Shown: positions 1-13,744, counted from the first letter of the whole stretch. The stretch: DNA of 63,651 nt, filler included, from Octopus bimaculoides (GCF_001194135.2; 8 parts of 7 records of this genome joined end to end with filler, not necessarily neighbours in it), one strand, 5' to 3'. Notes: a model not told the origin generated them from the letters alone. Numbers and translations: made by a program.

Positions 1-244
1 ATTCTTTGCTGATCGTTTTTGATATTATCTATCCCTGTCATTGAATTTTGTGAATATTTAATCATTCAAGCATGTTTTCTACTTCGCAATTTTAAATTGT
101 TAAAATCTCATTGTTTTATACCATTGACAAACAAAAAATTCTTAAAACTAGTTTGCTATGTATGTAGATAAATTTATTTAAAAACAATTACAGGTTTTTC
201 AAATTCAGGTGCATTTTCAAAAACAAATTCTCCTATATACTTTA

Positions 245-298
<54 letters not shown>

Positions 299-349
299 AT
301 ATAAATATAATATACATCTTTGTTACTCATTTATATTTTACTCACCTAC

Positions 350-403
350 CTTGGAATCTGCACTTCAGAAGTATTATAGAAAGTATCTTTATATAAAGTA
401 CGT
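350..403 (-). CDS. Candidate 54-nt internal coding exon of an unidentified gene (RTLYKDTFYNTSEVQIP)
   Basis: Minus strand: acceptor ctcttgtttgttcAG (405-404), donor AG|GTAGGT (349-348). Open in phase 2/phase 2 and in frame with the ATG-containing exon at 2515-2593. No recognisable homology. Confidence 0.45.
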
Positions 404-2267
404 CTGAACAAACAAGAGCGGATTTATTCACTAAGTTGGATTGTGCTATCTGCATACACTGCCAGAATATCAGGTGGCAAAAAATTCTGTGAAGAGTTTG
501 ATACTCATCTGATATTGTCTGAGTGTGCAAATTAGTTCATCCTAACAAGGTGCCACAATTTAAGTACCTAATTCAACTGAATCTAAATTAAATTATATAT
601 ATATATATTTTCAGGGTCTTCAGGCTAAATTTAACAGATTTGACATTTTGCATAAAAGGAAAAGAAAATATCCATTCAAGAATAAATGTATTTTAAGAAA
701 TCAAAAAATATCAACAGTATTATAGCTGGGAGATAACAGCTTACTGTTAACAGTGGCCACTTTCAGCTTTCATTACATCCTGAAGGTAGCTCCAAAACCT
801 GGTGCATGTATTCCTCATTTTGTCCCTGAGAAGATTTTCGAACATGATCTTGGCAACCAGTTCAGCTTTGGTGTTGCGTGCAGAGCAATTGGTGTCTTAC
901 TCAGCTGAAATCTACTGTGCATGTGACTTTCGGTAGCAATCCTCTCCAGACAGGGATTGACCACATATAGCTCTGAATTTAGCCTAAAGCCCTGTTCAAA
1001 GGTGTGTGGATGAATCCTAGTGTACTGACACAGTTAGAACACCTGCTATGTCTCTTCCTGCTGGTCATGGCTTCATGGTCTCCATTCCAGCTGTTCATGT
1101 CACATCTTACAGCATTTACAATGTTCTCAGAGCATTGAGCAGCAGTCATGATGTTGGCATTTTAATAACTGGTATAAATCATCATGGTACAGGTAACTCT
1201 TTTGCAATGTTCAGATGGCTTCCAGTCCTCATCTCAGCTTACTTTTTATTTAACTATAACCTTTATGCTCTCCAAAGCTGTTGACTCGTCACTATTACAT
1301 TAAGCACTTCATGAAAAAAGATGATATAAAAAAATTGTCAAATTTAGCCCAGACAACTTGTATCTGTATATGTATGTATATATGTGTTTATGTTTGTGCC
1401 CCACCATTGCTTGATAACCACTGTTGGTTTGTTTATGTCTCCATAATCGTCGCAGTTTAGCAAAAGAGACCAATAGAATAAGTACCAGGCTTAGAAAAAA
1501 GTACAGGGATTATTTGACTGAACCCTTCAAGGCTGTGCCCCTGCATGGCCACAGTCCAATGACTGAAGCAGGTAAAATACAGAAGATGAAGATTAACTAC
1601 ATATATGTGTGTATATAAATGTATATATATATATGTGTGTGTGTAGTATAAACCCCAGATTGCCTATAGCCAAATAATCCCCTTCTGCATACTATTACTG
1701 TGGTCAACTACCAACAGGCTTATAATTACAATATGCAGCCAAGTTTAACATGCAAAGTTATATGTAACCTGACACCACCAAATGGGTTACCTCCCTGTGT
1801 GGAAACTGCAGTTGCTGAACTGTCAAACCATATGGGTGACTGACAACTTGACACCAATAAACTGTCTGCTTTTCCACACTGAGCAAATAATTTTGGCCAC
1901 TGAATATGGCTGAAGAGGAATGATGAAACCTAGCTGGAGAGGTGCTAGGTGGATGTGAGATAGGTACCTTTTTGCCTATATGGCAAATTAGACCTGCATG
2001 ACTCCACAATTTGAATAGTGGAGATGATCCTGAAAGTCAGTTGATCTAGTAGGTGGGGCCTCACATCTGTAAGGTAGGCCAGTGCACTGTAAAGCTATTG
2101 AAAGGAAGCCCCGCAACACAGTGAGTATTCTCTTCTGATGAACTCCAAAATGCACTGGCATCCAATATGCAGTTTTCAACTGACTGCAGTTGCACAAGCA
2201 AGCTGTTTTCAAGTCTCCATGGGATCTGAAGTGATGAATGGAGACCCAGATATTTAATTCTTTATTG

Positions 2268-2489
2268 CCCACAGGGGGAGCTAAACACAGAGGGGACAAA
2301 CAAGGACAGACAAAGGGACTAAGTCGATTATATTGACCCTAGTGCATAACTGGTACTTATTTAATCGACCCCGAAAGGATGAAAGGCAAAGTCGACCTCG
2401 GTGGAATTTGAACTCAGAACGTAACAGCAGACGAAATACTGCTAAGCATTTCACCTGGCGTGCTAACGATTCTGCCAGCTTGCCACCTT
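2268..2489 (-). mobile_element. tRNA-derived SINE, family A (core gcctttcatcctttcggggtcgat-aaataagtaccag)
   Basis: Same sequence recurs at about 33365-33525(-), 33676-33890(+), 33890-34055(+), 52135-52265(-), 54483-54630(+), 56742-56812(+) and 57385-57515(+). B-box-like gagttcaaattcc. Confidence 0.85.
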
Positions 2490-2514
2490 CTAGGTATGAC
2501 CCAAATATTCTTAC

Positions 2515-2593
2515 CTAGAAACCATTACAAAATCTCCTTTGAATTCGAATTCTCTTCACTTCGACTCCATACATCTGAAGATGTGGGTGTGTT
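2515..2593 (-). CDS. Candidate exon carrying the putative start codon (ATG at 2525-2523, MVS-R) of the unidentified gene
   Basis: Acceptor gtgttttacttgtacAG, donor AG|GTAAGA. GTAATGG start context. Ends in phase 2, compatible with exon 350-403 (MVSRRTLYKDTFYNTSEVQIP...). Confidence 0.4.
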
Positions 2594-2654
2594 CTGTACA
2601 AGTAAAACACTTGAAATAATGTGAAAGAGAATCAACTTGAAATTAAATACTTAC

Positions 2655-2699
2655 AGCACCAATGAAAGTGTTAAGTAATCTTTTCTTTTGCTTGTTCAC
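2655..2699 (-). other. Candidate 45-nt exon (5'UTR or upstream ORF, VNKQKKRLLNTFIGA)
   Basis: Acceptor taatAG, donor GCT|GTAAGT. The implied downstream intron is only 61 nt. Confidence 0.35.
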
Positions 2700-3063
2700 C
2701 TATTAACATTATACATACCCACGAATATGTATGCATGTAAAAGTACATATATCATCATGTACCGTCCATGTTCCGTGCTTGTGTGGGTTGGACAGAATTT
2801 GTTGTGGAAGATTTTCTACAGCTGGATGCTATTCTTGTTGCCAACCTACACCTGTTTCCAAGTACAGTAATATTCCCCATGACCAGATATGTTTGCATGG
2901 AAGATTGGAAACAAAGGACATTACACAATGATCACATTTGTTTTACAACAATCATACAAAGTCAAGGCAAAGAGGCAATAACATACACATATAAACACAT
3001 ACATTATATATATATTGAGAGAGAAAGAGAGAGAGAGAGAGAGACACGCACACACACACATAT

Positions 3064-3217
3064 GATGGGCTTCTTTCAGTTTCCATCAACCAAATCTACT
3101 CATAAGGCTTTGATTCTCCTCAGGCATAAGACATTTGCACAAGGTGGCATGCAGTGGGACTGAATCAGAGACCATGTGGTTGGAAGTAAACTTCTTACCA
3201 CACAGCCATACCTGAGC
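3064..3217 (-). mobile_element. tRNA-derived SINE head, family B
   Basis: CpG-decayed version of the copy at 57001-57163. Confidence 0.8.
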
Positions 3218-3344
3218 CTGTGTACACACACACACAAATGCTTATACTTTTATTGGTTACAGCCAGATGCTGTGGCGATGTCAGAACATCACCATTAATG
3301 TTAATGCTTGTTTATTTTAGACTCATTTCCTGGCCCTATCTCCA

Positions 3345-3490
3345 GTACTGGTCTTGATGAAGTAGGGGATTTGACAGACCTGCCCTTCTTTGCATTTCTT
3401 GCTCCAATATTGGATCATCCGGTATATCAGATAAAAATTTGTCTAACACATCCATATCTATTTCTCACAGATTCCTAAAACCTTTCGGCA
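3345..3490 (-). mobile_element. CR1-like LINE 3' end fragment
   Basis: Translates as ...DVLDKFLSDIPDDPILEQ..., matching the C-terminus seen at 49736-50004 (KLDLFLSRVPDEPT). Confidence 0.6.
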
Positions 3491-3996
3491 AAGAGCATAT
3501 ATATATATATATATATATTATGTGTATGAACATGTATTTGTATACATATGTTCACACACATTATATATATATATATATATAAGCAGACGTTAAACGATGA
3601 TGATGATGATATCTATACAAGAGAGAGAGATGTTTCATCATATTAATTTTACATCTGCTTTTCAAGCCGGCATGAGTAAGACGGTTTGACAGGATTCAAC
3701 AAGTTTGAGGAGCCCGTCTTCCTCCAATGTCTCATTTTTGGCATGGTTTCTATAGCAGGATGCCTTTCTTACCACCAATCATTTTATAGTGTGAACTTGG
3801 TACTTTTTGTGGTACAGGTACTATTAGTGTCGTATGTATACACATATACATAGATGTACATATACATTTCAATATACATAAGTACACATATCTACATATA
3901 TACATACATTCAAATACATATTTGTATAAGTGTATATATATACATACACACATACATCTTATCTATCTATATATATATATATATATACACACACAC

Positions 3997-4033
<37 letters not shown>

Positions 4034-4199
4034 CACGTATGTAAACCTATATACTCACACAAATACATACATACGTGTATGTATTATTAAAATGTAATCG
4101 GATAGGGAGAAAAATGAAAAAAAATTACTGGGGATTTTTAAGTACTTCAAAGATGATTAATACATACACATTCAACATTTACACATTCACATGTATTAA

Positions 4200-5560
4200 T
4201 ATGTGATATATATGCAAGTGCATTTATGAGAAGCGGTAATATAACTGAAGCTTAGTTAAAGCGTAGCAGAGATAAGGGACGTAAAATGAGGAGGAGGGAA
4301 GACAAATTGAAAAGGAAAGACGTGAGGGAAGTAAAAGGAAACAAGAGGAGGGGAAAGAGAAAGATCAGCAAAGGAGCGAACCTACTACTGTCGTCATTAT
4401 CAACATTATCACTTCTAACACCAACACCACTGAAATCACACCACTATTGCAATTATCATCATTCTCAAAACTGCCACCATCATCATTATATAAATAAATG
4501 AAAGTCAACTTACTAGTAACGCATTTGTTTGATTACAACATTTTAGAATTAAGTCAAGTGATCCAGGTATTGCTTGCGCCTTATCTTGAAGCAAGTAAGG
4601 CGAAGAAACGATTTGAAATAACTGAGTAGGTTGAGTCTATAGTGTTAGCAAGATTTTGTTATTGGTGATGTCGTAGGGAGAAGTGTATGTTGTGCAATAC
4701 TGCCGTAAACTGGTCTGACCACCGGAAGTGAAACTAACAACGGGAAGTAGAAAGCTCGTATTATGAATGAATGAATCTGCCATAGTAATTGTTGTAATTG
4801 CATGCACGCACACACACACACACAAACGTACACAGAAGTCAAGCACATCGTTAGAAACTCATGCACACATTTACACAGAAATCTGCACAGAGAAAAGAAA
4901 TGGCTGATACACACTGTTACTACATCAAGTTACAGTGATAGAAAATATCATTTCTTTTTCATTCATATGATCAACTATAAGGGAGGCGTTTCATGGTCCC
5001 GCCTCAGTTCCCAGCCAAAACAAACCGCAACACAGTTTCAGTTTTGGCTGAAGCTATTTCATTTCATAAATCTAGAAAAAACGTTCATGATGTTTGCGTG
5101 CGACTGTGTAAGGAATCAATATTAACAAGAATAATACTTAACATTACTTCTCAAATCTCAATAAATGTTTTATATCTATTTTTTACTATCAAGAGTAGAT
5201 AATGTAAATTTAATCTTGATTAGGTAAACAATGTAGATTTACAGGAAAATTTCGTTTTGATTAGATAAACAATCCAGATTTAAAAGCGGAATGATATGAT
5301 ATGACATTCATACCTCTTCTAATGCTGTTAGTAGCGTAAAGTAAAATAACATTACAAAAAAGAGAAACGCGTTTCAGAATGCTTACCTAGTGCATAGCTC
5401 TCTTTCTAGCTCAGCAGGAATAATACACTACTTTTATCAGAGTAGTAGCTGTGTTGACTGTTACTACCCCATCACCGATATTGCCTTGCATCACTGGAAC
5501 TTTTTTTTTAGAGGAGAAAAGGTATATATACCAGTTACGCTTTTCATTCCTTTCCTTCTC
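4200..5560. promoter_or_regulatory. CpG-retaining promoter-like island with ETS/GABP-type motifs
   Basis: About 30 CpG in 1.3 kb versus about 11 in 5600-11000 (counted by eye). CCGGAAGTG at 4722-4730 and CGGGAAGT at 4741-4748. Confidence 0.55.
4514..4730 (-). other. Candidate first exon of the minus-strand gene
   Basis: Consensus donor CTA|GTAAGT at 4513-4508, immediately downstream of ETS motifs. The 5' end is a guess. Confidence 0.4.
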
Positions 5561-6249
5561 CTTGGAAGGGAGAAGTTATCCACAAATTGGCAACTTGGCC
5601 TAAAGTTTTGCAACAGACTTGGCAATGGAATAAGTCTACCTTCCACTGTCTCCCTAAACAGAAATGTTCTCTAAGATAAGCTTCTACAGTTTCTGTCAAC
5701 TAAATTTTACTCACCAGGCTTTGGTTGAGCTGAGCATGTAAAAGAAGTTTCACCAAGATTGAACCTGAAACTTGCTTCTAAACAAATTCCTTAGCCACAT
5801 GGCCATAAATATTTCGACAATAGAACTAAGGTATCTCCTTAAAGAGATTCTTCTTTGTGTATCATCAAGTCAGTAAACAACCCCTAGTGACTTCTTTGAT
5901 AAACTCACCACAACTACCTTAGTACTCAGAATGTAATAGCTGAAAATATTGCAGAATATTTTCCCAACACTAACAATTCTGTTAATCCATTACTCCTGAA
6001 GGATGAAAAACCAAGTTGATCTCAGCAGGATTTTAACTTAAAATATAAAGAAAAAAAAAACCAATTCTATCTATTTACTACCTTGTACAGATATTGGCCA
6101 TATAAATATTTTATTTATCCCTTTGTACAATTATTAAAAAGAAGTCTTGGCTTTTCATAATGAAGGTATTCAAGAAATAATCAGCTCTATTGACTTTTTT
6201 GTTATGAGGTTTGGAAGGAGAGACATATTTTCTTTTGGACATTAACAAT

Positions 6250-7149
6250 GAAAGCCAAGAGCTGACCCCTACAGTACAATGTTCACCATTAGCAATATTA
6301 TTTCAAGGGTTTGGTCTGGAGAAAGGGCTTCACCTATGTCATTTGCATGTCCTTTGAGTCCAGTAGTTACTAATCCTCTTGAACAGCTACCAATCATCAT
6401 CATTGAGAAAAAACATGGATAGGGAGTGAATTTCCAAGGGCCAACATTCTAGAAGGGAAGAATTATGCAAGTCTTCACTGAATGCAATATGAGTGAAGAG
6501 GGGACGTGAAACAAGTGAGTGCCTGAGTGGAACTGGCATGAGACCAGCCAACTCCAAGGAGTAAACTCCACTGTAGTAGTTGATGAAAAGGTACTGTGAA
6601 GAGAAAGCATGTCTGTGGTCCAGAGTTAGGGTGTTTTGACAAGCAAGTTGGATGGCTTTTTCTTGTATGTGTGTGTGTGCAGCACCAACCCAGATTTTTG
6701 AGAGAATGACTCTATCATCAGTTTCACATGAGCTTCAGAAAGGGCTCATAGGTGTTGTGAGCTGAATATTTTCTAACCTTGAAGGGGAAATTCAGTCTTT
6801 GCTATGTTGAAGATGAGTGACCATCAGGATTGAAACTTGGTGATCTGTTGCCTGGAATTTGTAACATCTCTGAGGGTTCTATTACATATTGTTCATGTTT
6901 GGTGGGAGTACAATATTGTTTTCCTGATGTCTTTGTGCTGCTGAAGATTGGCATGATCGCAATATCTTTTTACTTGTTTCAATCATTAGACTGAGTGGAG
7001 CACTGCATTGAAGAATTTTTAGTCAAATGAATTGACCCCAAAACTTTTTTTAAAAGCTTGATACTTAGTCTATCAGTTCTTTTGCCAAACTGCTAATCTA
7101 TGGGGACAAACACACTCACACACACACACACACACACGTATGTATATAG

Positions 7150-7209
<60 letters not shown>

Positions 7210-8000
7210 ACACACATACACAATGCCCTTCTTTACATTGAAGAATTGTTTTAATGGTCTCAAAGTAGATTTGGTGTGGGGTGTCTGCATTGCATGTGGA
7301 TGATGCTTGGGTGCAGAAGGTTAGGAAGGAATGACAATTGGCGTCATCTTCAGAATAGTAGCCATTGTGGGAAATGATAGTAAGTAAGTTATTGATATAG
7401 AAGGAAGAATATGAGAGGCAAAAATAAACTGAAGTTCTTCAGAAGTGACAGGGTGTTAGACAGAGAGAGATCTATCAGCACATGCTACAATGATATGATC
7501 TGACTAGAAGCCTCCAGTCAAAGTGATGAAAGAGGGATAAAGCCCATAAGCAGTCAGTTTAGCCAATTTTAAATGCAATACAATAACATAGTTTCCACCA
7601 AATTTTTTAAGAGTTTGAGTCCATCAGTTCGTGTATTGGAGAGATCGCCAGTAGATCTAGCTTTATAGATGCAATACTAATGGTCATTTAGGAGAGAGAG
7701 GAATTCAAGGTATCAAAGAAGAGATTACTCATGACTGTCTCTATCAACAGTGAGATGTTAAAAGTGAGAGCAATAAGTTCTTAGTTGATGAAATCAGAGG
7801 GGTTGGCTCTTCTTAAGGTTGACTCACATTCACATGTTTCCAAACTTCAAGGTAGGTCTCTGGAGAGAGAGAAGGGAGAGTTTAGAGTAGGGAACATCAC
7901 TGGCATGCATTGTTCAGCAAAGATAGGGAATATCTCTGGAGTACATTGTCTGACAGAAGTAGAAGAGACATTGTCAGAGTTGATGGTATCCTTGTTGGCT
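6250..8000 (-). mobile_element. Highly decayed CR1/Jockey-group LINE reverse transcriptase
   Basis: Fragments YKARSTGDLS, KLTAYGLYPS and YSEDDAN (YADD equivalent, about 7340-7360). Interrupted by a SINE and microsatellite at 6960-7220. Confidence 0.6.
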
Positions 8001-8334
8001 TAAAGTGGTTAGATATGCTTTTGCAATATGTATGAAGTTGAACGGCTTTGACTAGTTAAAATGGAACAGGTCATAGACTCTACTTACTAATGATTGGATA
8101 AAGTTGAATGTTAGGGTATCTGGAATATTACTAATATTTTTTTACTTCATCCACAGCCAATGAATAACCTGTTAGAAAAATTTTAAACACCCAACAAAAT
8201 TGCTAATCCATTTCCATAATTGTATTGCAATATTTTATTCATTAAATTTTCATTTACTAACAATGAATTAAATATTTTAAATTTAGAAAGTATGAAATTA
8301 AATTATAAAATAATAAATTTTATATATAACATCA

Positions 8335-9160
8335 TCATCATCATTTAATGTCCTCTTTCCATGCTGGCATGGGTTGGGTGGTTTGACATGGAGCTGGCTA
8401 ACAGGGAGCTGTCCAGACTCCAACTGTTTGCTGTGGCATAGTTTCTATGGCTGGATGCCCTTCCTAACTCCAATCACTTAACAGAGTGTGCTGAGTGCTT
8501 TTTACATGTCACTGGCACAGGTGCTTTTACATAGCACCAACACAGGTGCAATAATGCAGCACCAGTGCAGGGTGCTTTTTAAGTGGCACTGGCACCTGAA
8601 GGACAAGCCTGTATGTGTGGAAGACAGTGATTTTATCTAGCTTAATGCATCTTATCAAGTACAGCAAATTGCCACGTCTCCCAATCCCTTGTCATTTCCT
8701 CAGTAAGGCCCAGCAGCCAAAGGTCCTTTCTCACCACTTCATCCTACATCTTTCTTTGTGTACCCCTTCCACAGGTACCCTCCACAATTAGAGTTCAGCA
8801 CTTCTTTATGCAGCTGTCCTCATCCATTTACATCACATGACCAAACCAGCATAATCTTCTCTTTTACACACAACATCTGATGCCTCTGTTACCCAGTTTT
8901 CCTCTTTGTCATGCATGCACACTGACATTACTCATCCAGCAGAGTATGCTAGCTTTATTTCTTACAAGTTCTCACAAGTTCTTTGTAGTCAAAGTCCATG
9001 TTTCACTGCTATGTGACATCATCATCATAATTTAATGTCCACCTTCCATGCTGGCATGGGTTGGGCAGTTTGACAGGAGCTGACCAGGCAAAAGGCTGCA
9101 CCAGACATTTGGGTCTATTTTGGCATGATTTTTATTGCTGGATGCCCTTCCTAACACCAT
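8335..9160 (-). mobile_element. Family C repeats (RTE-type 3' end with (GAT)n tail), two decayed copies
   Basis: catcatcatttaatgtcc-cttccatgctggcatgggttgg...ggatgcccttcctaac motif, as in the young copies at 15354-16128 and 37777-38006. Confidence 0.75.
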
Positions 9161-9739
9161 ATATATAGAGTTACATATTTCATCAGATGACAGCACTGAA
9201 ATAAGAAACCCATTGTGCTTTTCTCCTTATAGATCACAAACAAACCATGCTTCAACTAAGAAGAAAAAGTAAAAGATAATAAGCTGAGTCAAACCATAGA
9301 GCATAAGAAGAAGCAGCACAAAAATAAAATAAAAATAGACCATCACAAACATTAAAGAGATAAAGTGAAAAACAAAATAAAGGCTTGATTGATGAAAAAA
9401 ATTAAGATTGAAGTGTGTGTATACTTTCATATTGTCAAACAATATAATACTGGTCATGGTATATAACTGATCTGAATGTTGTCAGTTTCTTGCTGAATAT
9501 TACTACTAGACAATATTGATAACTCTTCAGACATGCTGGTCAGAACAACATAATTTCTTTAGCACTGGAGGTATATAAAATCTAAGTTGGTTTAGTGGCA
9601 GCAAATGGGTGAAACAAAATTTTGGGAAAAATATTTAGAAGAAAAAGAAAAAGTTATTCTTCATGGATTGGTGTTAGCCATGGCTGAAGTGTGTAGGCTG
9701 TGTGTATATCAGCCTTTAGCTCAAAAAGTGACTCAGCTA

Positions 9740-10560
9740 CATTGCCAAAACAAACTTGCACTTATGAGGGCAGTGTCCAAAAATTTTGCTTTTCAGGAAA
9801 GCACTCAGATTGTGTGGATTCTTTAGAATGATTCTCTTCTTCGCCAAGCAGAGTTTGAATCTCCTACTTCCATTAAGATATGTCCTAGATCATTCCCGTA
9901 ACCTCCAATTAATGTTATATGATGTTGTATCCTTTAATCACCATAAGTAGTTGATTAAAGTTGTGACATGCTTATCATTGACACTAAAATAGCATCTGTG
10001 ATTATTTAACCTAGCCTAAAAGATGGTCTCTGTTACTCCAACATCTTTCTGTATATGCATCATCTGGTAGGTATTAGTTAAATGCTACTCCTGCTTCATA
10101 GACCCTGTCTTCTGTATTATGTTGACTGTTTACTGAGAACTTACTGTAAACACTACATGAGCTGTTGTAGTTAAGAATATTAAATAAGCTATTGTAGTAA
10201 AGAGTATCAAATAAAATTGTTTTGATATTAAGTCTGCAGCAAAACAACCCTCTTAAATTATGCCTATTGAAAAATTTCTTATATCTGAACACACATTAAA
10301 TGCTTAACCATTTTCTAAAGACATCCCTACCTACACAGGTTAACACATTAAGTAAGGAGTACAAACAAGAAGACTTAGTGGTGATGTTTTCTTTTGTGGA
10401 CATTTAGACCAGCCTTGTTAGAATTGGGGGTCACTGCATCAAAGACATCTTTACTGCAGAATAAGTTGAAGATCTTCCTACTGACACCCATTATAGGGTT
10501 TTTAATAATTATAGATGGGTGGCAGGAAGCTATGTTGATGTACTACTGTAGCTTTATGTT
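9740..10560 (-). mobile_element. Decayed Penelope-like element, GIY-YIG C-terminal region
   Basis: Translation VGVTETIF*ARLNNHRCYF...LINYLW*LKD...YNINW...YLNGSRRFKLCLAKK resembles the PLE pattern YIGxTExxFKxRYNNH...SKYIWxLK...NGSKRCNLCLxEK. Confidence 0.65.
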
Positions 10561-11339
10561 ATCTTCTTCAGTGCCATAGAAAAATTTCAAAGCAGACACT
10601 AACTATTCAGTGTTTTTCAGTTGTTCATTATACATTCTTTCTATTAAGTTGATCTGAACTATCTGGAGTTTGGTGTTTTGATTACAATTCTCATGGTCAT
10701 CCTACTTTTTACCTGTAGAAGCTATAGTGATACTAAACTACTATTATACTTTGAAAGAACATGAGACAATGAGTTAATACAACACAATTCAATAAAGTAA
10801 GAAGGATTCATAAAATATTAACTATTGATTATATTAAATGCTATAATCTGTAAATGCTTCAACTATGGATAGTTAAACTGAAATGACTTAAGTGGATATT
10901 ATATTGAACTACCAACTAAGAGATTCAAAGGTCTAATGTTCAAATAAATCACATATTTTATTGAATTTTTAAAAAGTACACTTTATTCTTCATTATCTCA
11001 GTTCATCTAGCTATTAATCTGTAAATCCTCTGGGAATATTCCCTGAAATAGATCAACATTCTATTTAAGAATCTCTCTCATCTATTTCATGTTAACACTG
11101 ACCTTTAAAATTCCCTAATGATTTATCATTCAAGAAACATTGTCAAAGCCCACAATTCATCAAGTTTTATCTCATAGAGTATATATAGTGCCAACCACTG
11201 TTAGTTCATCCTATACTATAACTATAACTGGTGGCATACCACTCATATTAACCAGCATGAGCTCCTCATACACTATGGCTATATCTGGTGGAATATTACT
11301 AGTATTATTCTTATGATTAAAGCATCAAAAGATAAGTCT

Positions 11340-13735
11340 ACTCACTTCATATGCAGCAAATTGATGCTTTTCAACTAAATAACTGGTTTCTTTCAATGAA
11401 ACCCAACAAGAGAAGAGGGCCAGTTGGCATTACTCAGCATCTGAATGTCCACAAGATATATGATGCTGTGTTGAGGAAAGAGCTTCATACTTGCTTGTCC
11501 AGCATTGAGAATACTACAGTATGGGAAGATTTTTGAGACCAGGTTCTTCTATGTGCTGCTGAAACACTGGGATATGCTACTGCCAGATAGACTAGTTTGA
11601 TGAAAATGATGCTGAAGTTCAGCGACTATTGGTTGTAAAATGCCATGCCCACAATGTATTGCTGCGCAGAGGACTTTCAGCTGTGCAGCGAAATTTAGCA
11701 CTTGCCCACTATAGCAGTTTAAAATCACTACTGCAGTGATCTCTCAGGAAGATGCAGAACGCTTGGTGGGAGGATCTTGCTCGTAATGTTCAGGCTGCTG
11801 CTGATGCAAATGACAGCAAGAAACTTTACCATTTTATGAAGCAAGTTTATGGGCCTAAGAGCTCTGCATCAGCTTCTTTGCTTTCCAAGGAGTTTCCTAC
11901 TTTATTTACTAAATCAACACAAATCACAGGTCACTGGATTGAACACTTCTCTGAACTCCTAAACCACGAGTCAGTTGTGGATGAAACAGTGATTGATACA
12001 ATGCAACAAAGACCTATCATTGGCTCCTTAAATTCCATGCCCTCAATAGATGAAGTAATGACATCAATAAATAAAGTGAATCTTGGTAGGGCACCTAGAA
12101 GGGATGAAATTTGTGCTGAGGTCTTACGATTTGGTGGCAATTACATCATACAGTCCCTTCCCTTCATGAACTTATTAGTGTAGTTTAGAGGGATGGTGCA
12201 ATGCCTAAGGACTGGCAGGATGCAATTATTCTTCCTCTCTATAAAGGAAAAGGAGCCAGAATAATGTGTGGTAACTACAGAGGTATTTCTCTACTATCAG
12301 CTGCTGGCAAGGTTCTGGCAAATATTCTTCTTACCCACTTGAATGGGTGTCTTGTAAAGGATATCCTACCTGAATTGCAATGTGGCTTCCGATCTGGTAG
12401 AGGGACAATGGATATGATTTTCACAGCAAGACATGCAGGAGAAGTGCTATGAGCAGAATATGAAACTTGTCCAGATATTCATTGATTTAACCAAGGCCTT
12501 TGATACCGTGAATAGGGCCTTGCTATGGAAAATACTTGGCAAACTTGGATGTCCGGATCACTTTATATCTATAATTAAATCATCTCATGATGGGATGGAG
12601 GCTTGGGTCAATGTTGGTGGTGGCATGGCGGGACCCATTCCTGTAGAGAATGGTGTCAAGCAGGGTGACATCCTTGCCCCAACTCTCTTTTCTTTGCACT
12701 TTGCTGCTGCTTTTACTCATGCTTTTGCTAAGGTTAGCTCTCTGGGAATATATGTCAGATATCGATCTTCTGGCCGCCTCTTTAATCTGCACCAATTTGC
12801 TGCCAATTCAAAAGTTTTCTAGTCTCTTATTCATGACTTCCTTGATGCAGATGACTGTGACTTAGTCACTCACACAGTGAATGACATGCAAATACTTATG
12901 AATCGTATTTCTGCTTCTTACAAGACATTTGGACTCAACATTAGCCTGGACAAGACTGTTGTAATGGTCCAGCCTGCACCAGCAATTCCATATATGGAAC
13001 CAGCTATCTTGGGTGAAGGAGCAATTCTGAAAATGGTAGACAAGTTTGTCTACCTGGGCGGCACACTCTGTTGTTCTTGCTCCCTGGATGATGAAATATC
13101 TTTCAGGCCACAGAGAGCAACTGATTCCTTCTGGTCTCTTCAGTCTTGTGTCTGGTCCCAGCATGGCATCACAAAGCAAACAAAAATTGCTGTATACTGG
13201 GCATGTGTACTGATAATGCTCCTTCACTCATGTGAGACATGGATCCTTTACAAACATCATACAAGGGTCCTTGAACGCTTTCATCAGAGATGTCTGAAAC
13301 ACATTCTGAATGTTAGCTGGACTTTAAAAACTCCAGACACACAGATCCTGAGGACAGCTGATATCTTGAGTATTGAGGCGATGGTGCACAGGCATTGCTT
13401 ATGTTGGACTAAAGAGCTTATTAGGATGAAGGATAGCAGGATCCCTAAACAGATGCTATATGGGGAACTTGTTAATGGAAAGAGACTCCGGCAGAAACTA
13501 AGTCTGCAATTTAAAGATTGTGTCAAGTCTTCATTAAAGGTCTGTGATATACAGGACACTGACTGGGAGAGCAATGCCTGTCATCACCACAGATGGAGGA
13601 AGCAGGTTAAAGAGGGGCCTGACACCTTTGAGAGAGCACGTACTCTGCATGAAGAATTTAAATGTGCTGCTCAAAAGTGCACTACTAATGTGTATGGGAA
13701 AAGCAATGTTTGCAATCGTGTATACTTGTCAAAAC
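11340..13735 (+). mobile_element. RTE-clade LINE, 5'-truncated and frameshifted
   Basis: ORFs 11752-12183, 12201-12452, 12433-12822 and 12877-13788: KGARIMCGNYRGISLLS, QCGFRSGRGTMDMIF, FIDLTKAFDTVNR, GVKQGDILAPTLF, DADDCD, YLGGTL, SCETW, SRIPKQMLYGEL. Confidence 0.95.
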
Positions 13736-13744
13736 GCACACGTC

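Noticed and set aside
8087-8170. Minus-strand AG...GTAAGT-bounded 81-nt segment (GYSLAVDEVKKY*)
   Set aside because: Stops in all three frames; GTAAGT is expected by chance every few kb in this composition.
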